DNA of 64,000 nucleotides, taken from NCBI GenBank assembly GCA_964019335.1, contig OZ025712.1:1-64000 (forward strand), in the 5' to 3' direction. A program made the position numbers and the translations under genes. The notes below the pieces were generated by a model, which searched no databases, had not been told where the DNA came from, and was given only the letters and a program-made list of their open reading frames with translations. Source of the DNA: Diplonema japonicum. Taxonomy: Eukaryota > Protista > Euglenozoa: Diplonemea. Below, in pieces: positions 1 through 10,256 of the stretch; the first letter of the stretch is position 1, and the number at the start of each line of letters is the position of its first letter.

Positions 1-182
1 GCCACCACGTGGGCTGAACCTTCCCTTCGGTGCTCCGTTCCCCCTTCCTGGGACAGCCGACCTGGCTGATTACATTCGGGGCGGTCCCCTCGAGGCTGAA
101 CGCAGGGGCGTTCTCTTGCTGCGCCCTGCGCCCTCCCGGCCTTCCCTGTGGCTGCCTCCCGGGAGGTTGTTTCTTGGCCCAT
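1..182 (-). CDS. Possible 5' portion of an ORF running off the window (MGQETTSREAATGK...)
   Basis: ATG at 182 after a C-run/(CA)n tract; frame stays open to position 1; no recognisable domain. Confidence 0.25.
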   Translation of the reverse strand, partial: MGQETTSREAATGKAGRAQGAARERPCVQPRGDRPECNQPGRLSQEGGTEHRREGSAHVV

Positions 183-194
183 TTGCGTGTGAGT

Positions 195-225
<31 letters not shown>

Positions 226-244
226 GTCTATAATGGGCTCACGA

Positions 245-3200
245 TCACCCTTGTGCTGCGTCGGCCGGGGGGAAGATCCCACACTCAGACCATGATAAGA
301 GCCCGGAGGCCTCGATGAAGGCGCAGACCTCGGCGGAGTGCTTGGAAAGCAGCGCGCGGAGCGGCAGCCCAGTGTCGTAGAAGGACTTAGCTGTGGGAGC
401 CAGAGAATGACAGCCCTTCAGCAGGTGATCAGCGTCGAGCGGTGATTGAACGTTGCAGGCGGGGCAGGTGAGGTGATGACTCCCCTCAGCCCTCAGGGGT
501 CCCTTGAGCTGGAGATACCCCCTCATCAAAGGCGTGTGTCCGGTCCGGAGCCGAATGATCAGGACCTCATCCCTCCTACTGAGTGGTGGGAGAGAGAGAC
601 ATTCGCCACCGGTGACGAGGCGGTGGTGGCCGGGGGAGTCGCTGTTGTATCTCGCACGCGACCTTCCTCTCAGCCACGCTTTTATGGCCGCCTTGCTGGA
701 GCGGTAGCTAACCCCGCAAGGCGACTTCGACAGCCCGTCCCTGGCCGCTCCGTCGGCGAGCTCGTTCCCCGTCACACCGCAGTGGGAGGGGATGTACCAG
801 AAGTGCACATCACCAGAGCGTTTGGCCCTGAGCCAGGAAGCGGCATCCCAGATCCGTCTGTCCGTGGACTCCCTCTGCTGTCCGGGGCCTCCAGCGAGCC
901 TCCGCAGCATCGTCTGTGAGTCGGTCAGCAGGTAGAGAGGGCGGCCCCTCAGGTTCACGACCGTTTTGTACACCTCCGCAGCCTCCTTCAACCCCATCAG
1001 GATAGCGGTGCCCTCGGCGCACATGGGTGTGGAGACCATGCCGGCCCCGTGAGAGGTGGTAAGGGTGAGGTCCATGTCGGGGACTCTGAGGGCAACCCCA
1101 GCTCCCCCTCTCCCCCTTATCACCGAGCCGTCCGTGTACACTACCAGAGCGCCGCTTGGGATCTCGTCCAGCTTTTCCGCAGCCGCTGCCGCCCTCACAT
1201 CGTCGGGGAGTGTCCTCCCGGTGTCGGTGGCGTAGGGATCGACGTGGATGCCTTCCGCCCAGGGGGGGGCTCTCGTATCAGGCCCTAGCGGTAGGGAAGC
1301 AACCGCACTCAGCCCAGAACTCCTCGTCGCCTTCAGCGCTCCCAAGGCCCATCCTGCGGTAGCTGCACCCCTGACCACCCTGTTCACCGGGGTTCCCACC
1401 CACCTCAGTGCCCTCTGCAGTAGAATGGCAGAAGCAGCGTCGGCCATCAGGTCGAGCGGGCGCAAGCGGGCCTCACACAGTACAGCCGAGGTGGAGGTGT
1501 TCTTGACGCACCCCGTGATTCGTCGGGCTGCCTCATCGTGCCTCATGCACAGTGCCTTCCTGTCTTGAGCAGACATCAGTGCGAAGAAGATGCCAATCGA
1601 GTAGGTGAACACCGGTAGGACGTAGGCCAGGTACAAGGACCTGAGTGATGCTGCGGAACTGCCCCAGGACGAGCCGGAGAGGAGCCGCAGTATGCGAATT
1701 CGTTTGTCGTATCTCTCGATGATGTCGCGGGCATGGGCACCGAAAGACAAGTCAGCGTCAAGGATGACCCCTAGATACTTGGCCCTATCACGCCTCGCGA
1801 CGGGGACGGCCGTGGAGAATTCATACACCAGCCCTTTGGAGACGAGTGCAGAGACGTCGCGTCGTGTCGTGGCCGTGCGGTTAACGGACAGGAGCCTCCT
1901 CCCGATCAGGTCCCCCGGCGATGAGTCGGCCCTTGAGCTCCAGCGGCTGGAATTCGAAGCCCGGATGCGTCGCCCCGGTCGAGGGGAAGTAGACGTGGAA
2001 GTCGTACGGTTCGCATTTGGGGGTGGGGACGTACAGCGTCTTCTCCCTGCTCAACTGCATCCCCCATCGTGTACACCAGTCTTCGACTGCACCCACTACC
2101 GCCGTGGCCCTGGCCTCGAGCTCAGTCCTTGTTGTGGCAGAGACTACTACCGCGACGTCGTCCGCGTAGATCGTGGAGAGCCCAGCCAGACCCTCAAGTT
2201 CCCTCGCTAGGTCGTCCACGAAGATGGTGAACAGCACTGGACCGAGTACAGAACCTTGAGGCACGCCACTCTTGATTTTGTAAGGGGTCCCCTTGACACC
2301 CTCCACGACTACCCTCGCTGTTCTGGACGTTAGGAAGGAGGAAACCCACCTGGTGTAGGCCGTGGGGAAGCGCTTCTGAGACATCTTCCGAATGAGTGCC
2401 TCGTGGTTGACCCTGTCGAACGCCTTTGAGAAGTCAAAGAGTATGGTGAGGCATGCCTCCTTAACTTCGGCGTTCCTTTTTATCGTCACATGCTGCACGA
2501 TGGCGGCAACCTGCTCCTCGGTGGACCTCCCTTTCCTGAAGCCAGCCTGGGCGGGGTGAAGTCCCTCTACCATCGTTGTCGGGGAGTCAAGTAGATACGT
2601 CACGCGGGCCTCGACCATCCTTTCCATGAGCTTGCCGAGGCAGCTCGTCAGGCTGATGGGGCGGTAGGACTCAATCTTCGTGGGGTCTTTGCCCGGCTTC
2701 GGGATCGGGACGACTAGTGCCAGTTTCCACGTGTCCGGAACTTGCCCGCTCGCCCAGGAGAGATTGAACAGCTGTAGAACGATTCTCAGGGATTCCCTAC
2801 CCAGACGCATCAGCATCACGTTGAAGACTCCATCGTCGCCTGCAGCACTCTTCGTTCTCGTCCTGAGCAGTTGTCTCAGCAGTTCGTCCATCGTGAAGTA
2901 GCCCGTTCCGCCCTCGTAGGGTTCCTGCGTCTGTCCTGTTGTGTCGAGACCAGGGACAGTGTCGTCTCCGCAGATCGTCTCGTAGTAGCGTCCGAGACGA
3001 TCGGCCCTAGCCTTGTTGCCTGTGAGAAGAGCGTCGCCGTGTTGAAGGGGGGGCATCGGTGGCCTCCATGACCTGCCGTCGAGCTCCTTGACTGCCTTGA
3101 ATGCCGCAGGCAAGTTCTTGGAGGAGCTGAACTTGGAGCAGAGGCTCCTCCATGACTTCTCTTTGGATGCCTTCACCGTCTCGTTGACTGCATTGTTGAG

Positions 3201-4187
3201 CCCAGCGAGCCCTGCGTGATCTTCGGATTCCCCCCTGAGGATGGCGTCTCTGAGAGTGTCCCTTTCTTCAAAGGCCGTGTCCAGTTCGCTGTTCCACCAT
3301 GGCTTCCTCTCGGTGAAACACCCGTGCCGAGGTATGTGCCTTGTTGCGGCTTCGCTCAGGGCTTCTTGGATCCTCTTGGCGAAGGTCGTGACCTGTTTGC
3401 AACCGTCCAGCCCTCGAAGTCTCCCGTCTACAAAGTTCTGGAACGCTTCCCAGTCTGCCTTCCGGTAGTTGTACAACTCAGGCGCGTATGCTCTCCTAGT
3501 CGGCCTCAGTAGGGGGACCTCGAATTGAAGGGGTGTGTGGTCAGAGACCCAGGAACCCAAGTGGCAAGGCGTCCTGGGTTCCCATTTATCCTTGCTGAGG
3601 ATCAGGTCAAGGACAGACCTGCTCCCTCCTCTCGTCCACGTGTGGCGGTCCGGTCTGTTCCATAGCACGAAGTTCTTGTTCTCCATCCATTCCCATACGG
3701 TCCAGCCCCTGTCGTTAGCTTTCGCAGCATGGTCCCAGCTTGAGTGGTGGGCGTTGAAGTCACCGCAGGCGATGTAGTCGTCTTCTTGGGGAAGGTCGGC
3801 CAGCTGGAGGGTCTGACCGCCTCTGGGCGGCAGGTAGAAGTTGCAGATGACCGCTTTGGAACTGTCACACCTGATTTCGACATCGAGCCTTTCCACGTCT
3901 TCGGAGACAACACAAACCACCTCGCGAGCCTGAAGGTCCTTCTTGACCAGGGTGACAAGTCCACCTCCCCTCCCACTGCCAGCCTGGGCGGTTCGGTCCT
4001 TCCTGAAGACTTGGTACCCCAGAGCCCGGAATTCGTCAGCTTGCACCAGCTTCGTTTCCTGAATGGCGATGACGTCCAGTTCCCTCTTTCTCGCTTGGTG
4101 AAGCAGCGTCGTCGTTTTGGCACCCCTTATCGAGTTACAGTTCCACGTGACAACTCGGAGGGGGCGAAGGGACCCCACAGGGCCCAT
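245..4187 (-). CDS. Retrotransposon ORF2 (APE-RT-RNase H polyprotein), interrupted by a frameshift near the G5 run at 1912-1916
   Basis: ORFs 1881-4196 (APE+RT) and 245-1828 (RT thumb+RNase H) join if one G is removed from GCC-GGGGG-AC; ATG at 4187 lies 2 nt after the ORF1 stop. Confidence 0.85.
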
Positions 4188-4189
4188 GG

Positions 4190-6312
4190 CTAACACCTTT
4201 TGGGGACAGCGACCAGGCGCCGTTTCTTCTTCCCCGAGGGCGTCTTTGGTGAGCCTGGGGGCTTAGCGCTTGTCTGTTTGGACTCCGACGGGCCCCCCTT
4301 CAGCAGCATCGCGAGAACCTGCCTCACGACCTCCTCCACGAACTCCGCACTGAATTCGGAGGTCGGGTTCTCCCGCTTGGTCCCGGAGGGGGCGCTGCCC
4401 CTTGCCTTGCTGCCCGTGGTCTTCTTCTTTCCCTTCGGGTCGGGTGTGGAGGGTGCGTTCCTGACCACCTCGGCAGCTGTCCTTCCTTTGGTAGGGGGAG
4501 TGGTCTGGTGGGCCTCCTGCTGTTCCTTCTTCTTCTCGGGATGTGCCTTCTCCTTCTTCGGGAGGGTCCGGACAAAGGCCTCCGGGAAGCTGCCTTTAGC
4601 GTGGCACCTCAGGAGCCTGTCCCCGTATTGGAAGATCGGGAACGGCGGGGGCTCTGAGGCGACAACCTGCAGGAACATGACCTTTTTGCCGTCGACCCTG
4701 GCGTACCTCCTGCCCACCACCCTGGCATTCCAGCCCATGTCCTTCGGGATCACGTCCGCTTCCTCCTGGTAGACGTGGCCGGGGACACCCTCCAAGACGT
4801 ACTTCTGGGACATCGTCACATCGATGTCGCATGAAGCGAGTGCCTCTTGGAGTTCGGCTGTGTCACCGGAGGCGCACCTGATCGCCCACCCTCCCTTGAC
4901 CGACATGACACCTAGGGCGGGTCCACCAGCCTTGAGCGCCATCTGGAACGCCTCGCCGATGGTGGATGCCGGAACAGGAACCGCCTCGGTCGGAAGCGTG
5001 TGCCTTGGGACCTCGATCAGGTAGCCATCCCCAGACTTGCGGAGGAGTGCGTGGAGGCTGGTCGTCCGCACCCTCATGCCGACCTTGTGCGAGAGGGTGT
5101 TGGGGCCCCTTCTGCTCAGAGGTACAGGGGCGTCTCGGCTGGGGAACACGGCTGTTTCCTTCAGGCCTGTTTCGACCTTCCTCCCGTGAGCGAGAGCCGT
5201 CTTCCTCGCCTCGTCCATTGAGTCAGCCTTGACCCTCATGTAGAGGACGGCCTCGGTGGCTGCTGTCGCTTGTACCGCCTTTGGGGCTGCATACTTCGGG
5301 GGGGAGGAACCGTTGCCTGTCAGTTCGACAAGGTGCAGGGTTTTGATACCTTGCTTTGTGAACAAGGTGGCGGACGACGACCCGGCGAACGCCTTCATGG
5401 AGAGCACGGTCCAAGACCCGTGTGCGGCGGTGTGGTATTTGAGGAAGACCTCGGGATTCGTCGTGAGGATGACGCCTCGGGTTTTGCCCTCCGTCTTCGA
5501 CGGGTGGACCACTTCTCCGTCCCAGAGCTCAGGAACCAGCGTGATTCGCTTCTCCTCCCAGGGGCTGTAGCAGCGTTGTCGGCCTTTGTGGAGGCGGTGT
5601 TGTTGGCCGCAGAGGCGGCGGTGTTGTTATGGGCCGCAGAGGCGGCGGTGTTGTCATGGGCCGCAGAGGCGGTGGTGTTATGGGCCGAAGAGACGGCGGC
5701 GTCGCTGGCCACAGATGTGGCGGTGGCCGCAGAAGCGGCGGCGTTGTTGGCCACAGATGTGGCGGTGTTGTTGGCCACAGATGTGGCGGTGTTGTTGGCC
5801 ACAGGAGCTGTGGTGTTACGGTCCGCTGAGGCGGCTGCTTTGTAGGCCGCGTGGACGGCGGCGTAGTTGTCCGCGGAGGCGGCGGCTTCGGTCCTGTCGT
5901 CTGGGAGCGGGACCTTCGTGGCCTCAAGCGTGGACGCGTCGTAGGCCTGCATGAGGTTCTTAGCCTCCCTCGACTTCGGTGCCTTGTCCCTCTTCTCCCT
6001 CTTCACGGGTGAGGGGGTGCCGGCCGCCTTGCACTCGGTGCAGAAGAAGGCGCCGCACTCCAGGCACGTCCACCTCTTCCCCGTCCCCGTCGTCGGCACG
6101 CCACAGCCCAGGCAGGACCCCGAGGTCTGCCTCCTCTTCGCCAGCTGCCCGTGCTCGCAGCTCATCACGTGACCGAGATCACCCTCGGTCGCGCGTTCGT
6201 CGTCCCTGTCCCGGCCACGTCTTCCGTCCCTCTCTCTCACCCTCTCCTCGCCCTTGTCCCTCTCTCTGTCCTTCCCCCTGTCCTTTTCTCTGTCTCTGTC
6301 TCTGATACTCAT
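4190..6312 (-). CDS. Retrotransposon ORF1 (RD/RE-rich N-terminus, Cys-rich Zn-finger-like region, Ala/Asn/Thr repeat, basic C-terminus), probably one ORF broken by a frameshift near 5561-5564
   Basis: ORFs 5395-6312 and 4190-5512 overlap; the second frame is open upstream of its GTG (..PWEEKRITLVPELWDGEVVHP) and fuses with the first if one C is added to the C4 run. Confidence 0.6.
5590..5830 (-). repeat. Degenerate ~24-nt coding minisatellite (ANNTATSV / AHNNTAAS units) in ORF1
   Basis: Repeated gttggccacagatgtggcggtgtt and gggccgcagaggcggcggtgttgt units. Confidence 0.8.
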
Positions 6313-6350
<38 letters not shown>

Positions 6351-6440
6351 GCTTTACGGTTCTCTTAGGTGCGAACTACATATTGTATCAATTTCACGAA
6401 CGTGTTACATGGAACAACGTTGCTGGACCATGGAAACATT

Positions 6441-6446
6441 AAAAAA
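6441..6446 (-). terminator. RNA polymerase III terminator (T6) of tRNA-Ala
   Basis: TTTTTT on the minus strand 1 nt after the discriminator base. Confidence 0.75.
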
Positions 6447-6447
6447 G

Positions 6448-6520
6448 TGGAGATGGAGGGCATCGATCCCTCTACCTCTCGCATGCTGAGCGAGCGCTCT
6501 ACCATTTGAGCTACACCCCC
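6448..6520 (-). tRNA. tRNA-Ala (anticodon AGC)
   Basis: GGGGGTGTAGCTCAAATGGTAGAGCGCTCGCTCAGCATGCGAGAGGTAGAGGGATCGATGCCCTCCATCTCCA folds into a cloverleaf with the G3:U70 Ala determinant and A/B boxes. Confidence 0.95.
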
Positions 6521-6625
6521 TTACGGTTTTTTTTTTCGGGATTTACCCCCGATCAGTTTCCGGCAAGAAAGTCGCAATAGAAAAGAGACATACAGGGCGG
6601 GGGAGGAGGAGGAGGCAAATACAAT

Positions 6626-9007
6626 TTAAATCCAGGTGACAGCAATTGGCACCCCTGCCTTGGTGCGTTCCACTTCAAACACGCAGCTCGCTTGGTAGCG
6701 CTGCAGACAGCTGTAGTTTTGGTGGTGATTGAAAACATTTGTATACCTCTCGAGGTGCTCGTTGTTTAACTTCTTCTTCAATAGTTTGTCACGCACTGCG
6801 GCAAGTTCAGTGCGGCCTGACTGGGTATAAGCACGGTCGGCCTGCAGCAGGTACGGATTGAACTTGAAGCATACCTTCAAGATTTCGAAGATTTGTGCCA
6901 CTGGTCCTTCTCTCTTGGTGCCATTGCCTTCCAGAACAGATTCCAAGATGCTCTCTTTCGACTTGCTCATCAGCCTGGCCGCTTCTCGCACGTCGTTCTC
7001 TGTCACGGTTGTTCCAAGCCTCAGCCTCGCAAGGGCCTGTGATATCCTCAGAATAGCCAACAAAGTCCTTGGGGTGGTGTACGTTGTGGCGTCAGTGCCC
7101 TGCTCTGAAGCGCGCATGTCGCAGTACAAGTTCTTTGTTCGGTGGTTTTATACATTGAGACATACTTGAATACTTGGGATAACGGACTCCTGTAGCACAG
7201 GATCCAGAGTCTTCATGTAACTAATGTACTGCCTCATAAACTCTTTAGTGAAGAAGGGATCTTTTGGGTACAGCCCGTAGTTTTCTGCATGCTTTTCACC
7301 TACGTTTCCCATGTGCACAGCTGTGACGTGCTTGGCAAGCAGTCTGTCCCTGTCGTCGTCGGGCTTATCCAGCATTAGCCACAGTACATCAAACCTGGAC
7401 AGAAGCGAAGCTGGGAGGTTGATGTTCTCAGTGGGTGATTTTTTTACTTTCCAGCGACCATATTTAGGGTTTGCAGCAGCCAGGATGGACGTCCTTGCAT
7501 TAAGCGTTGTGATGATACCACCTTTTGCGATGTTGATAGTCTGCTGCTCCATCACTTCGTGGATGGCTGTTCTGTCATTACTGTCCATCTTGTCAAATTC
7601 GTCAATGCAGCAGATGCCTTTGTCACTAATCACAAGAGCTCCACCCTCTAGCACAGCTTCTTTTGTGTGCTCGTCCATGCTCACAGATGCCGTCAAACCA
7701 ACACCTGAGGAACCCTTGCCTGTGGTGAACACGGAACGGGGACACAGATTAGCAACCCATCTCAGCAACTGCGACTTTGCAACACCAGGATCTCCCATGA
7801 GGCATATGTTGAGGTCGCCTCTCAGATGCATGCCGTCGTCGCGTGTCAAGTTCACACCACCAGCCAACTGGCACGCAAGCACTTTCTTCACGTCCTCAAG
7901 TCCATAGATCTCAGGCGCGACAGACTTAACTAACTTGTCCACCATGCTGGCATCGTCCATCACACTGCGCACGAAGTGCACTTTGTCATAGGCATCTTTT
8001 GTAAGGATCTCGCCGTAGGCCTTCTTTTCAAGGTTCGTGTGCAACCCTCTGAAAAGGGTCCTCGTTGCCACTGAAGCCCGGAGAGCCGACGATCCCGTCT
8101 TGGGGTCAGGGAGCAGCACACCAGTGATGTTCACCGCAGCACCTGGGGGCACCGTTCCAACCATGGTACCTTCAAGGACAACCTTCATGCAACGCGGCAC
8201 GCACCCTTTGGGAACATGCTGCGGGAGCTCTTGAATGCGGAGTTCCTGATACTCAGTGAACTTGCTGGCACGCGACTCGAAAACAAGCTTACCTCTAGAA
8301 GCATTCGCTTTGCATATTGCAGATGGGCATAGGCCAAGAGGGCTGTACTTCATGCCCACTACTTCCTGATAGACACATTCATTGCACCTCTCACAGACGT
8401 AAGTGCTCACCAAGATCCTTGGTTTCTGCGGAGACACAGTAATGCACATCCCTGACAGCACAGTGAGTTTGCCTACACAGTCCGCCGTCAGCTGTCTCAC
8501 TTGCCTCTGGCGGTATCGTAGCTTCGTCGGATGGATTACAACACGGTACCTGCGGGTGAACTGGGACGGGATCGAACAGTCTCCAGAGCCTTCCTGTTGC
8601 GAACGCTCAGCATGCTGCTTTACAAGAAAGTCAAAGGCATCAGTCTCGTACGTCCCTTCAGACGGCTCTTCTGCCTCCTTCACTAACCTGTCTACAGCTC
8701 TGCTGATGTGCTCAATGTACGAGGTCGCACAGTTCTCGATTCTTGCAGCTAGGCCGCCAATTCTGTCGTGCTGCAAGTGCTTCTCACACTCCACCATGTC
8801 ATCAAGATGCAGCTCAAACATGTCCCGTTTCCTGCTTTTGATCTCTTTGATTTGATGCATGTATTTCTTCCCCGCAAGATCAGTGAACGTTTTCATGAAC
8901 TCTGCAACTGCTTCTTCATCTTCGACAAATCGATACTGAGCTTTGTACCCTGTGCTGGAGTTTGGAATCTTCTTCACAGGGCTAAAATCCTTTTGCTGTG
9001 CCGACAT
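6626..9007 (-). CDS. MCM7: DNA replication licensing factor MCM7; introns 7133-7165, 6842-6874, 6711-6746
   Basis: GDPGVAKSQ Walker A, IDEFDKM, SRFD arginine finger, Zn finger CERC..CPSAIC, TTPRTLLAILRISQALARLR; spliced C-terminus reads IQNLYCDMR...LESCLQRYQ. Confidence 0.93.
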
Positions 9008-9081
9008 TTTTATTTTCCGTTTGTCGAATTCCTGTATATCGTGTATTTTACAGAAGCAGCTGAAAAGTAATAAATTGACTT

Positions 9082-9753
9082 CTAATCGTGGTGGTATACC
9101 ACTGGCGTCGAGTACCCTGCGCTCACTAAAGATTGCAGTGTGTTGGCGACGCTTTCTATCATTTGGTGCGAGACGTTGCTCGCATCGAGGAATGTTTTCA
9201 GCAGAAGCTGTGCCTCATGGGTGTCTTTGAGGTTGAAGGCATTCTTGTCGCCCCTGAGAAGTGCCACTAACCTGTCCAGACGGCATAGAGAACCGTCTAT
9301 TGAAGCTTCTCTGCTACAAGTTAAAGATTCTTTCGTTGTGTGGGTGGCCTCTTGTAGCTCCTCGTAGAGGGCACTAAGGTCTTCCTCTTGCTTACGTACG
9401 GCTGCTTCGTCTAACTCACCGATAGCTGCAAGCAAACTACTAATCTCCTCACGCAGCTCCTGCACGACTATGTTTGCCGGCTTGAACTGTGAAGGGGTTT
9501 TGTCTCTGGAAAGACCCACGCAGTACAAGCACACCAAGTCGCAGGTATCCATGTTGATGATGTCCCTCACGTATCTTGGGTGCTCGGCGCAGTACGTCTC
9601 CTCTATCAAACTGGGCACGTAGCTCCCTACTGCGTGGTCCCTGTAGAAAGGTTTTGCATGTAAACTCTCCGAACACCCTGCGCACAGGGGCGCTTTGCAG
9701 TCATAACAGTGCAGGAGTGCATCATTCTCCTCACAAAAGCTGCATTTCATCAT
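9082..9753 (-). CDS. Tandem B-box zinc-finger / coiled-coil protein
   Basis: CSFC..CYDC..LCAGC...H..H and CAEH...CDLVCLYC followed by a helical region. Confidence 0.75.
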   Translation of the reverse strand: MMKCSFCEENDALLHCYDCKAPLCAGCSESLHAKPFYRDHAVGSYVPSLIEETYCAEHPRYVRDIINMDTCDLVCLYCVGLSRDKTPSQFKPANIVVQELREEISSLLAAIGELDEAAVRKQEEDLSALYEELQEATHTTKESLTCSREASIDGSLCRLDRLVALLRGDKNAFNLKDTHEAQLLLKTFLDASNVSHQMIESVANTLQSLVSAGYSTPVVYHHD

Positions 9754-10256
9754 CCAGCATCCTAGGGATCGTTTTTAGTGTTCGGGGCAATGTTCCAAAT
9801 GTAAACACAGAAACATAAAGAAGGTAAACTTTTTTTTTCAAAAAGGAGAAAAAGTTGCAAGGGGCTCCCAGAAATTTGCCCATTTCCCTTGAAGAGAGGA
9901 CAAATAAGGGGGAAATAAAATAGTAAATACAGAAATCCTGCAAACCTCTACACACCCCAAAGAAAAAAAGAACATAGTTTATCCGTTGTCAAAATTATCA
10001 TGCACCACAACTATGTCCTCGGACTAGGCTGAAATTACAAAACAAGGGAATCGAAAACGGTAACGTTTACTTGGCCTATGCTTTATTCACAGTTAAAAAA
10101 ATAATGTGGCGGTGTAGGGAACAAATTCTAGGATACTTTCTTCTTTTTTTTAGGGAGGGTGAAGAGGTTTGCAGTAAACTGAACGAAAATATTTTCGCAA
10201 AGACGTGCAGTGCACAGCCTGTTTATGGCTTGACAAAAGACTCGCGGCAGTTATGC

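Larger units (their letters stand above)
227..6348 (-). mobile_element. Non-LTR retrotransposon (I/Ingi-like architecture: ORF1 + APE endonuclease-RT-RNase H-C-terminal Zn finger), near full length, with two apparent 1-nt frameshifts
   Basis: APE motifs (TWNCNS, IQETK, GDFNAHH, SDH), RT motifs (YRPISLTS, DFSKAFD, GVPQGSVLGP, YADD, KYLG), RNase H motifs (YTDGS, TDSQ, HCGVTGNELAD), CPAC..HLL.GC. Visibly GC-richer than host genes and intronless. Bounded by an A35 run (5') and a C-run/(CA)n (3'); exact ends uncertain. Confidence 0.92.

Noticed and set aside
5590-5830. Repeat array considered as CRISPR-like
   Set aside because: No unique spacers; in-frame coding minisatellite in a eukaryotic context
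6354-6528. 8-nt direct repeat ttacggtt flanking the tRNA, considered as a SINE-like target-site duplication
   Set aside because: Too short, and the tRNA has a normal terminator; insufficient support
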